A stretch of 64,000 nt of DNA from the human T2T-CHM13v2.0 reference genome, Homo sapiens. The stretch is taken from assembly GCF_009914755.1 (NCBI RefSeq), contig NC_060939.1, one strand, 5' to 3'. Of this stretch, positions 1 to 15,080 are shown one piece after another; position 1 is the stretch's first letter, and every line of letters starts with the position of its first letter. The notes beneath the pieces were generated by a model. That model ran no database searches. It saw nothing but the letters and a program-made list of their open reading frames with translations, and was not told the DNA's origin. Position numbers and translations under genes: made by a program.

Positions 1-109
1 TCTCATAATTGTAAGAGTGTTATCATTACTACTACTACTACTACTAAGGTTCTACTTTTTATAAAATAGCATAAGGATGTGTATGCTGAAAAATTTCTTA
101 GTGATTATA

Positions 110-670
110 ACAATTAGGATGCTTTTGACAGCAAGTAACAAAAGACCTATGCAACTCAACATGGCTTACATGATAAAAATATTTATGATCCATATGAGAA
201 GTCTAGTGGTAAAACAGTTCCTGAATGGGTTAATTCAGCACTTCCTTTATGTAATAAGGAACGTAATTCTTTCCATCTTGTCTGGCCTGCCAGGCTGACT
301 GTGTCAGGTTTTGTTTTTTCCTCTAACGGTCCTATGGCTGAGACTCTAAATATTGCATTCTCACACACGTATATCTAAGTCTGGAAGACAGAAGCCTCCT
401 TCCCTATGTCTCTTTTTAAGAGTGAGAAAAACTTTCCCAGAAACCTCATTGCAGACTTCACTTTCATCTCAGTGGCCGGAATTGTATGGCATGTCCATTT
501 CCAAACCAAGGAAGGACAAAGGACTATATAATGCTCATAACTGGTCTGGGGGAAGAGGCCAATACTTCCTGAAGCCCATGTACTCCTGATACCCGAACAA
601 CATCAGGTGAATTCAGGTTGAAGAAATGGGGAATGGTCATTGGGTGCACAACCAACAGTAACAGCCACAG
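110..670. mobile_element. Old MaLR LTR (MLT1K/L-like)
   Basis: Resembles recalled MLT1 termini (ttaggatgctttt..gcaagtaaca; gggaatggtcattgggtgcacaaccaacag). Confidence 0.5.
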
Positions 671-1634
671 TGTTGGAGCTTTATGTTAATGTAATCAACC
701 TGATTTCAGCCTATACTTTTCACAGGTCTAACTTTAGACTCTTTGAGATAGCAATGAAATCTTATTTGTCATTAGATTCTCCCCAAAATGCTTAACATTA
801 AATGATTTTGTAGCTCAATAAAGTAAGACAATTACATATCTTTTCCATAGTTATGTTTTGTTTTCATTATGAGAACTGAGAGCTCAACTAATTAATAAAA
901 ACAGGATTTCCGGTTGTTATTTTTCCCCTGGTGACTTTTCCTTTTACGTTTATCCTGAGTTAAGAAAGTCTGAAACTGTCTTCATTAGGGTTGAACATTA
1001 CCATGAGAATAGAGAGTAGAAAGCTAAGAAAAGCGTGCCATCAGAAATTTCTTTTTTCTAGGTTTCATCTCTATTCTTATCAAAATTTCAAATGTAAAGG
1101 AGGTAGTGGGAAGAATGAATATTTTTGTTTGATGGAATCAAAATACCAAATTTTTCATTGAACTGAAATGATTAAAACTAATTTTTATGAGAAAAACAAA
1201 TATAAGTTGCTAAATCAAATCCAAAAACCAATTACTAAAGTGCAAAAAGGAGGTATGGGAGAATGTATGAGTGGTAAATCTGACCCTGCATGAAAAAACA
1301 CTTAGACATTGATTTGGAAAAGCGTTATACTGCAAAAGCAATCCCAAAATCTTGTGCACAATGCAATAACAGTTTATTTTTCACTCAAGCAAATTGTGCT
1401 GCATGTCTGGGCAGCGTGCTAGGGCTGCTGTCCTCCATGTGTTGGCTCAGCATTCCAGCTTGATTCAATCTATGACAACTCTGTATCAACACATGGGTTG
1501 ACAATAGTCAGGATGGGCAAAGAGATGCCTGGAAAGATGAGAATAAGCACTTAAGTGCCTGAACCTGGAACTGACATGTGATACTCTACTCATTTCCTAT
1601 TGGCCACAGCTGGTAACATGACTATTTAAAAAAC

Positions 1635-2241
1635 TGTTTTTCTCTATTCTCACAACACTTCTAACACTAAATTTGTGGGGATTTTTCTCACACCAACCAA
1701 TTTTTCCAATTTTCAACTAGGTGTCCTACAATTTAACTCATTTCTGACACTATCTGCCCAGAGTTGGTGCCGACCCCACAGGTTGAGGCCTCAGTCCTAC
1801 AAGAATGCACCACTAAAGGATCCCGAGCACAGAAGTTTCTGTCTCCATGGAATTTGGGGTGCTCCATCTTCCCAGCATGTGGATGCATTCTTGTTCACCA
1901 ACCTGGAAGCTCTTCAAACCCCTTTGCTTAATTTTTTTAGGAAGGCTTCATGATATAGGCATGATTGATTAAATCACTGGCCATTGATGATCAACTCAAC
2001 CTCTAGCCCCTCGCCCCTCCCAGAAAGGCAGAGGGTGTGAAACCAAGTTCCAATCCTCTAATCACATGGTTGGTTCTTTTAGCAACCAGTTCCTATCCTG
2101 AAGCCATCCAGGAACCCCAGCCACCAGTCATCTCATTAGCATACAAAATACACTTATCATTTGGGAGATTCTAAGGATTTTAGGAACTGTATTCCAGGAA
2201 AGAAGGGCAGAGACAAAATATATATTTTGCATTCTGTCACA
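1635..2241. mobile_element. MER21-like LTR nested inside an MLT1 fragment (~1320-1625 and ~2242-2335)
   Basis: TG...CA ends; MER21-type motifs (ttctgacactatct; ccactagtcatctcattagcatacaaaa-like; caaaatatatattt..tcaca). Confidence 0.6.
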
Positions 2242-4133
2242 ATGACCATAGCTATCTTCAAGAGGCAGGGGAGTGTACTACTTCCATGTGCTCAGAGAGT
2301 AGAGCAGAACTGGTGATTGGTGACCAAGGGCGTGGCCTAGTCAAAAATTCTAGTGGGAAGTAAATTAATTATGAGTTCAAAATACCACAGGCTTTAAGAA
2401 ACAGATAAATAGGAAACAAAGTCAATAGAAGTAAAATCTCAGAATGAAGAAACTGATAATGGTGTTGGTTCCTCTCCCTGAACAGAATATACATTGAGTG
2501 CTGTGTTCATATGAGGGACTGAACTTCAACAGGTCCTCCGGAGGTGTTCAGAGGGAAGTAACTAGATGCAGAATAGTTAAGAATTCTTATGGTTTAGACT
2601 AGAGAAATCTGAGGACAAAATAGCCATTCATTCTCGAATATATGAATATTTGACTTGCTTTAAGGAACTGTGTGTTGTAATTTACAAAGAGACAGACTCT
2701 TTAAGAAAGAGTATTTTGCAGTCACACTGCATTAGTTGCCTTGGGGAGCTCTCCTTCTCAAAGGGTGGGGCTCCAAGCATGGGATGAACGTCCTCTGGCA
2801 CAAAGAGGAAAAGAGGGAATTCAGGCATCATATGGCTCATTGGATTAGATGATCCTTAAAGATGCTTTTACTCTCAAATTTGATAGCTTGGTGGGATAGG
2901 TGCCCACAATTCCCATTTGGGTGATTGCCCCAGGACCTCCAAAACTACTGGCACTTGCTTGGACTTCCTCTCAGATCCTGGGGCCATACATTGCTAGGAT
3001 CTGGCTACACAAATTAGAAGCTGATGACTCATATCCCAAAGGTGAAAAGATAGGGTGTGGTTCTGAGTCCTGAGTTGCTGTATTTTATCCAGAATTGAAT
3101 TCACAAGGCGGCTTCGAGTCATTCCAAAGCTAATGTGGAAACACACAAGAAGCCGCACACCCTATTGTCTTCCTGCAGTGAAGTTGGGTTGAACTCATGC
3201 AAACCAAAGTTGATTTAAACAACAACAACAAAAATCAAATTCTTGTCAGGCAAAGTCTTTTGACGTTGTTTTATTCTTGAGTGAATATTTACAGCTGAGT
3301 TGGAAACTCTATCAAATAGGAATTAGAACTTTGCCAACTCCTGATGTACATCTTAGCCAGGGTATGCAGGGTATGCACGCAGCCTCTTCAGAGCTGCTCT
3401 GCTTCACTGACCAGGGGTTGACTGAGTTCTTCACTCTGTAACCATTTCCTGACATCCTCTGCATGGACACTCTTGCACAGACATTTTTTTTTTTTTAATC
3501 TAGGAGTTGCACTTTCTTGGTTACTATGGCTGCAAATTGTTTATACTGGATTCATAGTCAGGTTTTTATTTCCTTTTGTAATTTTTCCCGTGAACTAATA
3601 AGCCACAGTGGAGTTAAAAGTGCGAGTAAATGTGAACTCTACACAAAGCATTTTTATGTTCTATTGCCATTCCCTTCCTACCCTTAATCATTTAGAGCTG
3701 TTAACATAAAAAAAAATAAAAGTGTTCAGCCTCCTCTCTACTCCCCTCCTTTGCCCTCTCATTTCCCAAGCATCAGAGGGGAAGAACCACCACCCATTTC
3801 CCATCAGGACTGTTTGCAGAGTAACACATGTCCTCAATTACTGGGATCAGAAACTGAAGGCACCTTGGGTTGGTGATAGATGACTGGTTGGCCTCTGCTG
3901 GATATGCGTCATGGATGCCACAATAGGAATGGCTTAGCAGGGCAACAGTTTTCTCTCCTATGATTCACTTCAGCTTTTAGCCTGGGCCATCCACCCAGTA
4001 CTCATTGGATATGGGCCCAGTTTCAGCTTATATGTGAACCACTCTATGAGAGAATGCAAGCTGAGAGCCCATCTTAGGGGAGAAAGATCTCAAACTGAAT
4101 CAAGAGGGGGAAATGCTTAAGAGTCACCTTTCA

Positions 4134-4439
<306 letters not shown>

Positions 4440-4459
4440 TCATAATAGGAAGAGACAAG

Positions 4460-4670
4460 GCTCTAGATAAAACTGCCTGGGTTTGAAACTTGGATCTACC
4501 ACTTGCCAGTTGCATGACTTTTCGCCAAGCCACATAATTTCTCAGCCACAGTTTTTTTCATCTGGGAAAAGGAAATTAAGAATGATAATCCCTAACTCAT
4601 GGAGTTGTCATGAAGGTTCAAGCACACTGCATGGCATTGATTAAATGCTCAATAAGAGCTAACAATTATC
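4460..4670 (+). mobile_element. MIR
   Basis: ctgggtttgaa...tttcatctg..aaa..ataat..cct.actcat.gagttgt core. Confidence 0.65.
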
Positions 4671-4822
4671 CCAGTCAAGAACTTTTTCGTAGCAATGGAC
4701 CAAACACTTCTCACAACAGCTTAAGCACAGAAAGGCAGTGATTGATTCATATGAGATATGGATGGTCCAGGGAGTCAAGAAGTGTCAATAAGACTCAGTC
4801 TCTGCTCCCCTTGGTTCTGCTG

Positions 4823-5304
4823 GTGTGGTAGCCAGCCTACCAGGTGACTGCCAATGATCCCTACCTTCTGACAATGTCACCCTTGTGAAGTTCCCTCCGG
4901 CAGTGCACCAGGGTGGGTCTATGTGACCAATATAGTATGAAAGAAAAAATAGTATGTTGCTTCCATGTTTAAGTTATAAAAGACACCATGGCTTCCATTT
5001 GGCCTCTATCTCTGTCTCTGTCTCCCTCCCATTATTCACGCTGGGGAAGCCAGGTGCTATGTTGTACTCAGCACTACAGAGAGGCCCATATGGTAATGAG
5101 CTGAAGTCTCCTGCCAATAGCCACATGAGGCCATTTTGGAAGTGGGTCCTCCAGCCCTAGTCAAGACTTCAAATGACTGAAGTCCCTGCTGACAACTTGA
5201 CTGTAACCTCATGAGAGACCCTCAGTGAAAACTATCCAGCTAAGCCACTCCTGGGTGCTATCCAGCTAAGTCACACTTGACCCTCAGAAGTTGTGTGAGA
5301 TAAT
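4823..5304. mobile_element. MaLR LTR (MLT1E/F-like)
   Basis: tgtggtagccagcct...gagaggcccatatgg..gagctga...cttgactgtaacctcatgagagaccct. Confidence 0.65.
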
Positions 5305-5540
5305 ACAGATAGCCTTAATTGACTATGGTTCTATTTAAATGATTTTTTCAGCCTTATAATGGTGTGAAAGCAATATGCATTCGGTATAACCATACATCAA
5401 GTACCTATACAACCATCCAATTTTTCACCTTCAGTACAGTATTCAACAAATTACATGAGATATTCAACAATTTGTTATAAAATAGTCTTTGTGTTAGATG
5501 ATTTTGCCCAACTGTAGGCTAATGTAAGTGCTCTGAGCAA
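5305..5540. mobile_element. MER47/Tigger-type DNA transposon fossil
   Basis: ttcagtacagtattcaacaaattacatgagatattcaac...gattttgcccaactgtaggctaatgtaagtg. Confidence 0.7.
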
Positions 5541-5777
5541 GTGTGAAATGGGTACCATTTCTATCTCTATTCTATGAGGAGTAGAGGATCAGAAAATTTA
5601 AGTAACTTTCCCAAAGTCACACAGCTAGTAAGTGATCAAGCTAGAATTTGAACCAAGACACTTTAGTTCTAAGGTCCATGGTCACAACCACACTGCTAAA
5701 ACACCAATACTATGAAGTATCACAACCTGTTGAGTTTTAATTTCAGGTATTTTGTCCTCTTATGTCTCAGTTTTACT

Positions 5778-6060
5778 TTCTTTCTTTTTTGTTTTTTGAA
5801 AAGGAGTCTCACTCTGTAGCCCAGGCTGGAGTGCAGTGGTGCAATACTGGTTCATTGCAACCTCCACCTCCTGGGTTCAAGTGATTCTCCTACCTCAGCC
5901 TCCTGAGTAGCTGGGATTACAGGCACCTGACACCATGCCCGGCTAATTTTTGTATTGTTAGTAGAGACAGGGTTTCACTATGTTGGCCAGGCTGGTCTTG
6001 AACTCCTGACCTCAAGTGATCCGCCCACCTCAGTCTCCCAAAATGTCGGGATTACAGACA
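5778..6060 (-). mobile_element. Alu (AluSx-like)
   Basis: T-rich tail followed by reverse Alu consensus. Confidence 0.93.
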
Positions 6061-9000
6061 TCAATTTTTCATTTATGGAGTATGTGTCTCTACTGAATTA
6101 GAAATGGAGATGGCTTGGCCTTAACTCTGAAGTACTGGACAGATGCAGTTAAATACCAGTGTGGGGGGAATGTATAAACACTTTCTAGTGATGTGCATCC
6201 AGAGTTCTACTGTAAGCACCTCCTGACTGACAGACCATTCACACAAAGGCACCCTCTCTTCCAACACTAAACACCAGTGATGGACAAGTGGACATTTAAA
6301 AAGTCATGGATCTTCTGAGTGAATATTCATGTAGAGAGGTACCTTTAATATAAGCCATTTAATATTGGCTATAACCCATTTACATTCCTATGTTTATATT
6401 TGTTCCAATCAATTGCACAACAACCTTCCTCATCTGGCCATATTAGTAGGAAATTTATTGTTTTCTTCTGAAGCCTTGGCTCCCAACTTAAATTGTACAG
6501 AAACCTGGTGACTTGTTCAGTGCAGATGGGTTAGTTTGGCTCCCAAGCTTTAGGCTGTTTGGGCAGTTAATGCCCTAGTGTGGTTTGCAGGGTGCCCTGC
6601 ATGTTGTCTGCTGTGGCAATGGGCCCTCATGAGTCCTGCACTGGCTCTGAATTAACCTCACCTTCAGGCTTCAAGATGTAGGCTCTCTTCAGTTATATGC
6701 AGAAGGTTATTTATAGCCTCCCAAACATAAATACCACAGCAGGGTGGCTGGTCTTGGCTGAGCATGCAGGAGTCCAGCCCAGGCTACACTCCTGGAACCA
6801 GCTCTTCCTATAAACCCGTGGCCTTGTTCATTGATCCAGACTCCTGCTTCCTGCCTGTGAAGTTCTTCTCTGGGCCCCTTGATGTCCCGGGGAACTTCTG
6901 TTAGGACTGTCTCGATCCATCAGAGAGGCTTTCATTCTGTAGAACTGCACAAACACCCCAGCAGTTCTGAACCTGGAGTGTGTAACACACCCTTCTTCCT
7001 GGAGAGTGGCCAAGTCTGCATAACCTAGACCATCCAAGTGTTGTAGGGAAACATCGAGTATCATCTTTCCCAGGATGACTTTCTGCATCTTCCTAAACAC
7101 AAAAGCTCTTGGCAAATTTTCTTTCTAAAAATGTATTGAAGTTATACTTGGCTGGACATCCTGCTAGAGAAATTTAACAACTTCCCAGTGTATTAGAATC
7201 TTGGGCATACTCTCAGATGGAGCCGGCCTTTCTAGCCCCATGTCTTTAATAAATCTACTTGATTAGAGAAGAGACAATTCCCTAAAGAGAGGGCACTACC
7301 ATTCCCAGAAAAAGAGAGGGCTGTTGGGCAGACAGACCAAAGGTGACAAATACATTGAACAATGTGTCTGTGTCTGGCTAGCTTTGTGCTTGAGAAAGGG
7401 GAAGACACAAACTTTTTGATTCTAGCTGGTCCTATTCTTACTGCAATAAACTAGGTATTGTTCACCACTTATGACATTTTAGTAGAAAAATTAATTTTGA
7501 GCTAATGAAAATTTGAGACAAGTATATGAATTCAGAGGTAACAGGGAGATGGGGAGTAGTTACTAAGTAGATTGTTGTTATTGCCTCAGGATCTTGACAC
7601 TCTATTCATTTTCTATGCCCCAATTCCATTGGGAATAAGAGGGTAGCAATTTTATCAGTTAAAAATACACAGGTAATTACATAGTGGGCAGTTTCATCTC
7701 AAAAATAAGAAGGCACCGAGCAAAGCACCAGGAAATACCAAAACTATTTGGATGATCAATGTTGAAAGGAAAGAACTCACCATTTCTTCTCTCCTCTCCT
7801 CTCCCCTGCCTTCTCCACCTCCTTTCTTTGAGTGAGCAACTTGCTACGGATTAAGAATCCTTGGCAAAAGCATGTCCCTTTTGAGGCAAGGGGAAATTAA
7901 TATTTGGGGGTGAAAGAGAGAAGGATTGGGAGAGGTGTAAGCAAGAAGCCAGGTGCCGATGATTTCCCTGGAAACCTAAGACTTTCTAATTAAAACCTGG
8001 CAGCCCCACCGAACAGCTTGCACCATGTGGGAAAGAAAAGCCTGAAAGGTTGGGACAAGGAGGCCTGATGTAATTACATTCCACTGAGTGAGGATCCTTT
8101 CCTGTGGGTCAGTATTGTCCTGGGAATATCATATTCTGTTCCTAATAAATTTCAACAGGCAAAGACATGGACACATCACCTAAAAGAGGTCTTCAAATGA
8201 TTATGGTTCCTAAAAGTCAGGAAATAGGTCTGATTTCCCATTAAAGTAGGTTTTTCTGTTCAGCAGGGTTCCCAGGTCGCTGTCATATAAAAGTTATTTG
8301 CTGACTCATCTTGAAATTGGAGAATTTTCAATTTTCCATTGTGCATAGTTCTGTCTCTTTCCAGAGTTTTCTTTTTAAATAATTTTGTGCAATATATGTG
8401 AACTATGTTTCCCTGTTTTATATCCTAACAAGAAATGTTACTTGTTCTTGATTCCGATAAAGATGGGAGAAACACGGTTTTTTCAGGACTTCTCAATTTA
8501 GTGTGTAAAAAAGCATAAGACATGGAAAATTAGTGGCCTCATATTTTGAGACAAACTATTGAAAAATGTGTCTTTTATTTAAGTCTTTCCACATTTTAGT
8601 AAGACTTTAAAAAATTATTGCACTTAAGAAGTTTTTTTTTTTTTTTTGGTCACTCCTTTGACGCTTATTTACATATATGGCCAAATAAACTAGCTTAAAA
8701 AAACAAACAAACCTTTGTTTGTTTGTTTGTTTCAGTAGGAAAGAACATGGCTTCCAGTAACTCTTCAGTTACTTTTAAACAAATACTATCTCTCCGTTCT
8801 GGTACAGGGTCCTACTCTTCCTGTCTTGAGTCCTGGCCCTGGCTAGGTGACTGCATCCTGAGATTTGGGGAATGGAAAGAATTTTGGAGACCCTCTATTT
8901 TGTATCACAACTAGTAAGGGGTTCCATCCACACCCTCGTCCCTCTCAATTAGGCCTCTGCTTGTACATTCAGGGGTGTCTCTATTTTGTGAGGCTTTTTC

Positions 9001-10369
9001 CTGGAGGAGATAAACTCATTTTCAAAGTTGGGCAGGGCAGAAAGACTGGATACATTCAAATTCATTTGTTAATTCATGCATTAATTTATTCCTTTGACAA
9101 ATATTTAATGAGCACCCTTGTGCTAGGCAGGCTTTGTGTTGGCACTGAGGACAGAGATCAACAAAGCAGACGTGTTCTCTGCCTTCCTGGAGGTCCCAAT
9201 AGGGGTGATAGACATTGACCAAGTAAGTGCAGGGACAACTAATTGCCAACTAATTGCACATTTTGCAATTATGATAAGTGGCATGAAGGACAAGTAGAAA
9301 GGATGATAGGGCTAATCATAGGGAGAGATAGCTTAGACTAGGGGGTCAGTTGGAACTATTAACTAACACTCTTTTCATTTTTCTCTTATCACCCAAAGAA
9401 AGCCGGGAGTATGAAAGTATGGGTTAGAATTCCTTAAAATAACTACTTATTAGAAAGGGCAAGAAGTATCATAAATGAAACAGGATTGATACAACCTAGA
9501 AGTCATTGATAAGGGAATAGTTAACTACTTTATAATATACATTATTCAGCAATATTATTTAGCCTTAAAACTAACTTAGAAAGGAGTTGTTATGGGTTTC
9601 AGAAAATTCTTATGCTCTAGCATTGAGAAAAATTGCAAATGCAGCGATTATCTCAAATATACTATATATATACATATGTCTAGCAAATATCTGAAAACCA
9701 TATCAACATGTTTTCCATTTTTATTTGTATTATTAAGGATGTTACAAGTATGTAGCTAAAACATATTTTTCATGAATACATGTAAAGCAAACATCTGTGT
9801 AACCACAGCTAGATCAAGACGTAGAACACTGCCACCATCCACAGGCCGCCCTTTCCTCCCTTTCCCCTTGAACAGCTTGTATCATAATTCTGTCTTCTCA
9901 CCTAAAGGTAAACACTATCCTGATTTTTGTGATAATCATTTTCTATATATATATATATATACACACACACACATAACATTTTAATATACATATATTATGT
10001 ATATATATACAGTTTTATCACCTATATGTATTCATAAGTAATGTAAGTTAGTTTAGCCCAATTTCAAACTTAATATATATAGAATTATACTTTCCTTGTG
10101 TTTTAACTCAACCATGTTTGTGGAATTCATCCTTGCCATTGTGTATAGCTGTGGTTAATTAATTTCATTGCTTTGGTGTCCCTAGGTATGAATGAATGTA
10201 ACACAGTTTATTTATCCATTCTACTATGAGTGGATATTTGAGTAGTCTCCAGCTTGGGCCTTTTACAGATAGTATTGCTGCCAACCTTCTTGTCCATGCA
10301 CATTGTACACAGTGCATTGAGCCTCTTTACTGTACAAAGCTCAAGTGGACTTGCTGGGTCATAGGAGGT

Positions 10370-10700
10370 GCTGGTTATTTTCGGTTTCTACCCTTCCGCC
10401 CTAATCCATTCTTTGCCTTTCTGTGCCTTGCTCTGTGTTTCTTTATGTACCATATTACTAGAGTACCTTGCCTTCAGCTTTTAGTTAGGTTTGGGCAATG
10501 GGAGGTAACAGTGTGAGTTTAGGGGGTGGGAAAAAGAGTTTGGAGCATTCTCTGATTTCCTCTTGGCCTTCCCACAGTTCTGGCAGTGGCCGCACTGCGT
10601 TTTCTCTTAGGTTCTAGCTCTTACAAGACTCTGGTAACATTCTTTCCTCCTCTTGTTGTTTCAGGCTTAACAGGCTTTCCCCACTTTCTGTCCCATTATT
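10370..10700. mobile_element. LTR33-like ERVL LTR fragment
   Basis: ccttgctctgtg...ccttgccttcagctttt.gtt.ggtttgg.caatgggagg motif. Confidence 0.45.
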
Positions 10701-13700
10701 CTCATTGCCAGTGGCAAGGAGCCAAGAACCTTCTTGTCTCTGCAGCATAGAACAGAGACAGAGCCTCCTGCCCAGCCTTCCAGGAAGCCCGAGTTCTCAT
10801 CTTAATTCCCATACCCTGTTTCTCTGGGTTCAGGCTAAGGTTACTTCTCTGTTCACTAAAGCTGCATTTATTTTCTGGGTTTTTCTCTGATCCACTTCCA
10901 GAGACTATGACTCCAAGAGCAAAGCAGTCTGTTCACGAAATAGATCATTCCCTCTCAGTGCCCAGATTCTGTTGACCTAATAATCAATCAGGCCTTCTCA
11001 TCTCCTTTCTCTCTTCCGTCAACTTCTGCTTCCCACACAAACGGTCCTGGTACTCCTGTAGCTGCTCTTCGCCCTCTCTGGGGATGTTCGGGTCTCCTGT
11101 GGATCTAGACAGGCATTAGTGGTGAATGCAGGTTTGGCGTCAGAGTGCCTGGGCTCAAATCCCTGTCCTGCTATTTATTAGCTGTGAACCCTTGAAGAGG
11201 GTACCACTCAATTTCTAGTAGGGCTTCTTTCTAGTCTGTAAAATGGTGATAATGTAAGAATAAAATGAATTACTCATATAAACTTCTTAATTGTGTCTGG
11301 TACCTGGTACATTCTTAATAAATGTTAGCTATAATTGTGGTTATTATCTGATACTTATATAAAAACCCATCATGTCATAAAAGCCTTCTGTCATGAAAAA
11401 GATATATATATATATATATATTTAGGTTCATGTAGTAGTAAAGTGTTTACTCCTCGAAAAAGCCCAAAGGCAAGCAGATATATGAGAAAAAGCATTGTCA
11501 TATAAACTGCTTTATATCATGATGACCAATCCTCTCTTCCAACACTTCTCAAACCCAAATCCTTTAGGGTCTAATTTGGAAGTGGAGAGGGCAGAGGTGC
11601 ATGGAAACAGAAGCGGCGCTGGTGGGGTGCTGTGTTTCATGCCTAGGTTATGGTGCACGACAGACACCACACACTGGAAAGTAGAAGCTTACCAGAGGAG
11701 ATGGCAATTACAAACGCCCTCAGGAATTCATAGAAACCAGGGGGAGAGTTTTACATTTCCACAGGCTGGTGGGGTTGGGGTAGGGGGTGATGATAGAATT
11801 CAAGCCCATCTTACTCTGATCTAAGGGGCAAAGACACCCCATCTGAGTTATTCAAGTAGAGCCCAGAATGGATCACTGGCACCATCTCCCCCAGTTGTTG
11901 ACAGTTGAGCAAGGAGCCGGGCGTTCTCCCCTCCCCTCCTCCTGCTGTGCTCTGTCTTGGCCGCCTTCCTTATGGATAGGCCATATGGGCCGTTTTGGAG
12001 CCTGTGTTTGCTTTGGCTTGGTGGTTCGCAGCTTACTTCCTGTTAACATTCCTCCACCTCTCACCCCACATTATGGGTCTCTCTCTCAGAGCCACCTGCT
12101 CTTTCTGTTCTCTGTGCCCATAACCTCAGCTCTCTGATTTCTCCATTCATTGCTTGGCTCTTAACTGGGACTCAAATCTCACTTCTGTTTAAGTATTTTC
12201 CATGCCAGCTTCTTGTTTGGACCAGATAGTGTTTCACCATGATGGGCCTTTATTAGGAGACAAAGGGGTGATCGGGGTGGTACCGGAAAAGGCAAGTTCA
12301 TGTATCCAAATGACTGTCAAGTGAGACCAGAAAAAGCCCTTCTTCCCATGAGTTTTTGTCCAAAAAGCATCAGACCTAGTATAGAGGCGATTATGGCCAA
12401 AAAGGCGAGCGCTGAGTTTGAGGCCAAAAAAAACAGCCTAGGAGTGGAGGGAGGCACAAAACTGGCACACGTGCCTGTAGATTCTCTCACATTTACCCTC
12501 CTGGGTCTCCTTAACCCAGGCCCTTGGCCTAGTAAGAGTGCCAGGCCAGGCCACAGTCCAAGGCCAACATGTGTACGAAACTACCACACCCCGCATGTGG
12601 CATGACTTGTTCTGGCTACTCACAAACGACTCGATGTTCATCTCCTCTAGTGGAGTTCAGATAAGGCCTTTCAGCTTGGCTGTCTCCATCTGGTTCTTCC
12701 CATTGAGCCCAGGTCCAGTGGCTCCACAGAGAAACACCTTAACCTGCCTCAAGAACCTCTTCCCTTGACTTCAACTCAGGTGGATGTCCCAGCCAAGAAT
12801 GCTTTGGCAGGATGAAACCGTGCTGTGAAGAGCGTGTTCAGGGTGTGGGTTTAAGTCTCACTTCAACCAGGTCTTAGCTGTGTGACCTTGAGCAAGTCCC
12901 TTCACATCATTCTACCTGTTTCCTCTTTTGTGAGATGGAGCTAATTATGCAAAGAGGTGTGAGAATTCAAAAAGATCACCCACGAATAATAAGGTGGGAC
13001 AATTCCCTGAAAAGCACACCAGGCCTACTGAGACAGGAAATAGGCTTGGTGTTGTGTATGGAGAGGTAGACCTTCTTTGCCATTTAGGGGATGAGATCCA
13101 TAGCACAGTAGGAAGTATGGTGGGTAGCTGAGTCTGGAAAACAACTGTGTGTGTGAATGCAGAGGACTGCATATAAAGTGCCAGAGCTGTGCCTGGCACT
13201 TGTTGTTTGCCAGCCAAGGGTCCCTGAGTTGAGAACACACACACCAAGGACAGTGGAGAAGAGCAGATGCCATCCTTACATGTGCAGTGTTTTTGGCCTT
13301 GCTCCCATTCTGAAAGTGCCTGTCTGAAGGGATCTGGCTCCTGGAATGGGCAGGGGTTTTTGTCATCTGTTTCGCTGGGAGGAAGTCCACAGTCAGGGAT
13401 TTTGTAGAATCTTAATGGTGACCGCCAGGCAGTGGCAACTATAGCCAAAAACAATGAGGCTCCTTGGTACACTAAGGAAGGCTTCGGGTTTAATGCCTTA
13501 GGGCAATACTCATCTGGACCGACTTTTTAGACTGAAGAAGCCTTCCTGGGGTCTTGGGGTTTTTACATAGACATAACAGGGGTGCCAAGGCATTTAGTGT
13601 ACACATTTGAAAGATTGTGACTGCATTTTTATCCCAAGCTTATGAAGCAGCTACATTTGTGAAGTGGTTAGCAGGCTGCCTGGCATATTTTAAGGGTTTC

Positions 13701-15080
13701 ATAAATGATGCTCATTATTATTAAGCACGCGTGTCACAGCAGCCAGAGCACTGAGCAGCGCTCCTTGGCAGCTGCAGCTCCCCAAGGGGAGGGCGGTGCC
13801 TTACAAGTTGGGAGAAGACAGTGGAATCATTAAGCAGCTGACACATACCCAGTCACTCCAAGGAATCTCCCATCCCTGTTCAGAAGTCTGACCCAATTTG
13901 CTCAGCTTTTCTCCTGAGACTCTCTTGTTCCAGCCACAAATCTGAGCTGGGAGCACCCTTCCTCTTAGCCACCTGTGACTGGGAGGCAGCGGGGGTGGCC
14001 CAGAGCTCACCCTAGTTGGGAGACTTGAGCAGTAGCTCCTCTCCTCCAGCATTCCCTGGTGGGGGTGTGGAAGGCTGTGAGTAAGGGAAGAGAGAGGGTG
14101 TGGGGCACCTCACATGGTCAGGGAGGGCTCCCCTCCCTTGGAACTCACAGCAGCCAGGTCATGGGCTCACTGGGGTTGTTTATCATCCTCAGTCTTGGGG
14201 AGAACAGGCTCACATGACAGCGCTTTGCAAATCGGTAAGTTTTTTTCCAAACATACAAAAACCTAGGCCTGGGGTTTAGGACTTCTAGAACTTCAGAGCA
14301 CACGGTCCTGTGTCATGACTCTCAAACGGGGACACACATCACTTAAGTCAAGTGGAGGTGGAGCTGTCACGTTAGTCACTGCAGTTTGCAAGGCTTGGGT
14401 GCCAGATTCTTGTCAGATACCTCTCTGTATCCCTATGGAAACCAGAAGAATGGAGAGTGACTTGTGATGGGCTGTCCCAGGCATTGAGTCTCACAGAATC
14501 AGAGAGCTGGGAGCACAGGGGGTATGGGAGTGGGAACAGAGGAGGGAGATGGGGGGCAGGCAGATGTGGGAGGTCACCCAGGACAGCTTTCAGGCAGAGC
14601 AGTATCATCTGCCTTTTACAGATGTGGCAACTGAGGCAAAAAAAGACTCACTGGCTTCCCAGACCCACCACGACCCACTGCCTCTTCCTGCTGCCGCGCC
14701 AGATATCCTCCTTTTTTCATGAAAGCAACTGAGTTCATGGTGTTCCTGTGAACTTAGCAATTGTAGAATGTGGTTTTGCCTGGTGGCTGGAAAAGATCAG
14801 GAACCTATATAAGAAGTAAACCCTTTTCAACTTGTACAAGTCCAGAAGGATAAAGGGAGGTACAATCTAATGTGGCAGGAAGAGGCGTTGGGCCCATGGT
14901 GGGTCAGGGCGAGTGATTTCTGTGGGGGTCCAGAAAGGTTCCTGGCAAGAATAAGGAAACCAAGCGAGGTTCCCCAGCTGCAGAGGCTAATGTGCTCTCC
15001 ACCTCAGCCTGTCCTATGCACCACCAGCTCATACTCCCTTCACCTTCTTTTTTTGTTTGTTTTTATTTAAAAAAAAAACA

